DNA from: Verrucomicrobiota bacterium
GTDB lineage: Bacteria > Verrucomicrobiota > Verrucomicrobiia > Verrucomicrobiales > DEV007
Assembly (NCBI GenBank): GCA_045046875.1
Contig: JASFYY010000031.1
Coordinates: 1-29,859, forward strand
Reading direction: 5' to 3'
DNA: 29,859 bases
The first letter of the stretch is position 1, and every line of letters begins with the position of its first letter. The notes under the pieces were generated by a model. That model had not been told where the DNA came from and made no database searches. It saw only the letters and a list, made by a program, of their open reading frames with translations. The position numbers and the translations under genes are program-made. Below are positions 26,628-29,859 of the stretch, in pieces.

Positions 26628-26731
26628 GAAAATTTAGAAAAACAAATCTGCCACCAATTAGACTCGAATCGACTAAAAAGCAGTGATATTTTTTGTTGAA
26701 CACATAGCGTCTTTCTGTCCACTTACTTTAT

Positions 26732-28060
26732 ATGAAAAATATCAAATTTTCCCTCCGGCTAATGCTGATCTCTCTGATTCTGGTTCAACACACTTTTTTG
26801 CTTGCTGCAGAAAGTGATCAAATTGTCATCCAAGTCAAAACGGACCGTGAAAATGCTGTTTATAAAAAAGGGGAAGCGATCACTTTCCAAATCGAAATCA
26901 ATAATGACAAAGGCCAGGCTCTCGATTGGGGTAGCATACACTGCACCCTCAGTGATGACCGTTACAAAACCATCGAAGACTTCACTCTCGCTATCACTGG
27001 CAAGCCGTTACAAGTAACAGGCAAATTAAGCCGAGCGGGTTTTCTCCAATGCGAAGTGCAATTCGTAGCGGGCAATCGCAAGCTCACCTCCAAACCAAAA
27101 ACTGTGCTCGCTGCAGCGGCCGTCACCCCACTGGATATCAGCCCCAGTCGGGAGGTCCCTGTCGACTTCGAAGCTTTTTGGCAATCACAAAAACAACTGC
27201 TCGCTGCTATCCCTCTCGATGCCCAAATGAAAAAAGACGACAAAGCATCCAACAAGGATTTCGAGGTCTTCGATACCCAGATCACCTGCCTCGATGACGT
27301 GCCCGTATCCGGTTATTTTTCCCGTCCGGTAGGTGCAAAAAACAAGAGCCTACCCATCATCTTATGGGTCCACGGCGCAGGGGTACGCAGCTCTTCCATC
27401 AAACGCTACCCCGGTTATTTATCAATGGACATCAACGCCCACGGCATCCCCAATGGACGGCCCAAAGAATATTACAGCAAGCTCTATGGGAAAGACGGCC
27501 CTCTGCGAGGCTATCCCTTATTTGGCCGCGAGAACCGTGATGCGGTTTATTTCAAAAACATGTTTCTACGTATGGTTCGTGCTCTGGATTTCCTTACCAC
27601 GCAACCCGAATGGGATGGCAAAACGGTAGCCGTTATCGGTCACAGTCAGGGAGGCTTTCAAGCCCTGGTTGCAGGCGGTCTTGATGACCGGGTCACTTTT
27701 ATCGGAGCTGGTGTTCCCGCCGGCTGTGACCACACCGGCATGTTACGCAAGCGCATCAGCGGCTGGCCAAAATTGGTTCCCTTGCAAAAAGATGGCAAAC
27801 CCGACTCAGTGATTGCCGAAGTCTCACGTTATTATGACGCAGTGAATTTTGCCGCGCGATACCACGGCGATGCCATCCTCAGTGTTGGTTTCATCGATCG
27901 CACTTGCCCGCCCACCAGCGTATATGCCGCTTACAATCAATTAAATGGCACCAAAAGTATCATCAACAAACCTGCCATGGGTCATGCCGCTCCCAAAGAT
28001 GTCGCCGACGCTTTTTTAGCCGCTCTCAAAATCCATGTGGCAAAAACACAAGGGGAATAA
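26732..28060 (+). CDS. Secreted acetylxylan esterase / cephalosporin-C deacetylase (CE7-like)
   Basis: Signal-like N-terminus, P.DF..FW, HGAG, nucleophile GHSQGG, GF.D.TCPP..V.A.YN and GH. Confidence 0.85.
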   Translation: MKNIKFSLRLMLISLILVQHTFLLAAESDQIVIQVKTDRENAVYKKGEAITFQIEINNDKGQALDWGSIHCTLSDDRYKTIEDFTLAITGKPLQVTGKLSRAGFLQCEVQFVAGNRKLTSKPKTVLAAAAVTPLDISPSREVPVDFEAFWQSQKQLLAAIPLDAQMKKDDKASNKDFEVFDTQITCLDDVPVSGYFSRPVGAKNKSLPIILWVHGAGVRSSSIKRYPGYLSMDINAHGIPNGRPKEYYSKLYGKDGPLRGYPLFGRENRDAVYFKNMFLRMVRALDFLTTQPEWDGKTVAVIGHSQGGFQALVAGGLDDRVTFIGAGVPAGCDHTGMLRKRISGWPKLVPLQKDGKPDSVIAEVSRYYDAVNFAARYHGDAILSVGFIDRTCPPTSVYAAYNQLNGTKSIINKPAMGHAAPKDVADAFLAALKIHVAKTQGE

Positions 28061-28083
28061 AACCCGTTCAAGCCTGAAAAAAC

Positions 28084-29298
28084 TCAAATCACCTTGTCCG
28101 CAATATCACCCTGTTCCACGGCTCTTTTAACCAGTTTTTTCCAAATCGTCTTGGCCAGTGTGTCCGGCAATTCGATATCATCCATGCTGATGCGCTGACC
28201 TTTTTCCACAGACTGCTTCAAGCGCCCGTTCATCAATAAACCAATCGGCACGTGATCCGCTGCATCGACGATATCTACCGCTTCGCCGCGGACATCAAAT
28301 GAGCCAATGCCATGTTTGATGAAATGATTTTTCGACAAATCTCGCTTAGCTACCGTAGCTACACTAACCCGCGGTTGGCTAGAGTTATTCATCAATACAT
28401 CACCATGCTCTAACACCGCACGAACCGTCTTCATCACTTCTAGGTGGCAAAGGTGGAAAGTTCTAGTGAGCGTATAAAAAGGACCATCTCCCATTTTTAA
28501 ATAATTCAAATACGGGCGACAATAATCCTTGTGTTTGGCGGCAATGAATATACCCGGACAACCCGGCGTCAAAATGTAATCGCTTAGCGCTTTATTTTTA
28601 CCCGAGTCTGAATTCCGCTGATTAGCCACATCCGCCAGCAACTGGGAACCTTCCTCAACCGTATCCGAGCTGGGTCCCAACATGCCCGGCCAGTAAATAT
28701 CAGCACCAAAAGCATTCGCCACAAAAGCCTGCTCTATCTGCACTTTGGTTCCATCAGTGAATGAAGTCGTCTGCGCAATACTCAGGCCCTGCTTGCTCGA
28801 CCAATAGCTCATGTCTGATTCACTCGGATCGTGATTGAGAAAACCTTTGATATTTCCATACACCAGCGGCTCAAAATCCATCGCAAGCGCATCACGCCGC
28901 AAAGCCGCCAGGCAACCCGGTTGGTCACCCTCTGCTTCCGTAATCAAACCTTTATCTACAAACCAAGAACCCGTAGTGACGTGGAATTCCGAATCCATCG
29001 TCACAATCGGTAAACCTGCCTCAACCGCCTGATCCACCACATCAGTGACGTGAATAGGATCTCCACAGCATACGATCAACAAATCTGAATTTTCGATCAA
29101 TTCAGCAATATTCTGAGTGATAAGATTATGATCGGGCATCCCATGCACCGACTCGATCGGGCGCCGGGTAAGCACTTGAGAGAGTTTAAATGGTGAGCGC
29201 TCCACCACATGGGCGATTCCACGAGCCATGAACCCTGTTCCTACCAGGCCTATCCTTGCCGGCTCCGCTTGCTGATCAAATGCACTTATTACAGACAC
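28084..29298 (-). CDS. NAD(P)-dependent oxidoreductase with C-terminal SAF domain (homoserine-dehydrogenase-like)
   Basis: GLVGTGF, EGDQPG, SFTDGTK..IEQ..VAN, HLCHLE and AKRDL...G.G....G...PIGL (SAF). GTG start is uncertain. Confidence 0.8.
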   Translation of the reverse strand: MSVISAFDQQAEPARIGLVGTGFMARGIAHVVERSPFKLSQVLTRRPIESVHGMPDHNLITQNIAELIENSDLLIVCCGDPIHVTDVVDQAVEAGLPIVTMDSEFHVTTGSWFVDKGLITEAEGDQPGCLAALRRDALAMDFEPLVYGNIKGFLNHDPSESDMSYWSSKQGLSIAQTTSFTDGTKVQIEQAFVANAFGADIYWPGMLGPSSDTVEEGSQLLADVANQRNSDSGKNKALSDYILTPGCPGIFIAAKHKDYCRPYLNYLKMGDGPFYTLTRTFHLCHLEVMKTVRAVLEHGDVLMNNSSQPRVSVATVAKRDLSKNHFIKHGIGSFDVRGEAVDIVDAADHVPIGLLMNGRLKQSVEKGQRISMDDIELPDTLAKTIWKKLVKRAVEQGDIADKVI

Positions 29299-29598
29299 AA
29301 TATTATTAAATTAGCTAATTTTTCCTGAGCCCTGAGATGCGCTCCCCAATTTTAACATAATCAGTAAATGCACTCTGCAGACAGCAACGGAAATTCACCA
29401 AGGCAGATCCCCCCAATTATATCTCAAAAATGAGAAAGAGAAACCACAAGCCCACAAAAAACACTTAACTTGTATTAAGTATATATTCTGTAAAATTCAT
29501 AACAAGCTTTTTCTGGTTTTCTTCCCATATATCGCTAATTTCTCCATCAACACCACGAGCTGCCTGTCATGCTCTGGTTTTTAATACACTCTACAATT

Positions 29599-29859
29599 AT
29601 GAGCGAACCTGAATCTATGGACCTATCTGCAGAAGACTTGATGCCCGCCTGGGTATCAGGGCTGGAAAATGCCTCCTCTGGAACTTCTACGGATAAATCA
29701 AAATGGGCCAACTACGAAGAACCGTCCAAAGGTAAAGGTGGCGGACGCCGTGGCGGCCAATCCTTCGATAAAAAAAATGGCGGTGCTCGATCCGGTGGAT
29801 CATACAATCGCGATGATCGTCGCCAGCAAAGTGGTAGAGGAAACAATGACCGTCGTGAT
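29599..29859 (+). CDS. Hypothetical protein, N-terminal fragment with R/G/D-rich low-complexity region (runs off the window)
   Basis: Open frame from ATG 29599 to the window end: MSEPESMDLSAEDLMPAWVSG...GKGGGRRGGQSFDKKNGGARSGGSYNRDDRRQQSGRGNNDRRD. Confidence 0.7.
   Translation, partial: MSEPESMDLSAEDLMPAWVSGLENASSGTSTDKSKWANYEEPSKGKGGGRRGGQSFDKKNGGARSGGSYNRDDRRQQSGRGNNDRRD

Overview
Gene-dense, roughly 50% GC bacterial chromosomal segment. The style of several proteins (short RpoD-like sigma, PrmA, dynamin-like GTPase, terminal RG-rich hypothetical) suggests Verrucomicrobiota, which is an inference. Most of the window is housekeeping: murJ (partial), sua5/tsaC, aroK, amtB, ROK kinase, dxr, cdsA, glgX, a sigma-70 factor, two transsulfuration PLP enzymes, prmA, tRNA-Gly(GCC), trpC, truA, ruvX/yqgF, manC, a CE7 esterase and a SAF-domain oxidoreductase. 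The most notable items are: (i) a compact sulfur-handling module dsrE-tusA-sqr(type III-like) plus a DUF2892 membrane protein; (ii) a ~290 bp nested-palindrome MITE/REPIN-like element and a GTAG-type REP just upstream of a sigma-54 promoter driving amtB with no adjacent glnK; (iii) a lone dynamin-like GTPase with degenerate G-motifs heading a cdsA-dxr-ROK gene run; (iv) a secreted 5-repeat WD40-like protein; (v) a fungal Str2-type cystathionine gamma-synthase. I saw no CRISPR array, prophage, transposase or rRNA. All family assignments come from motif recognition, not database searches.
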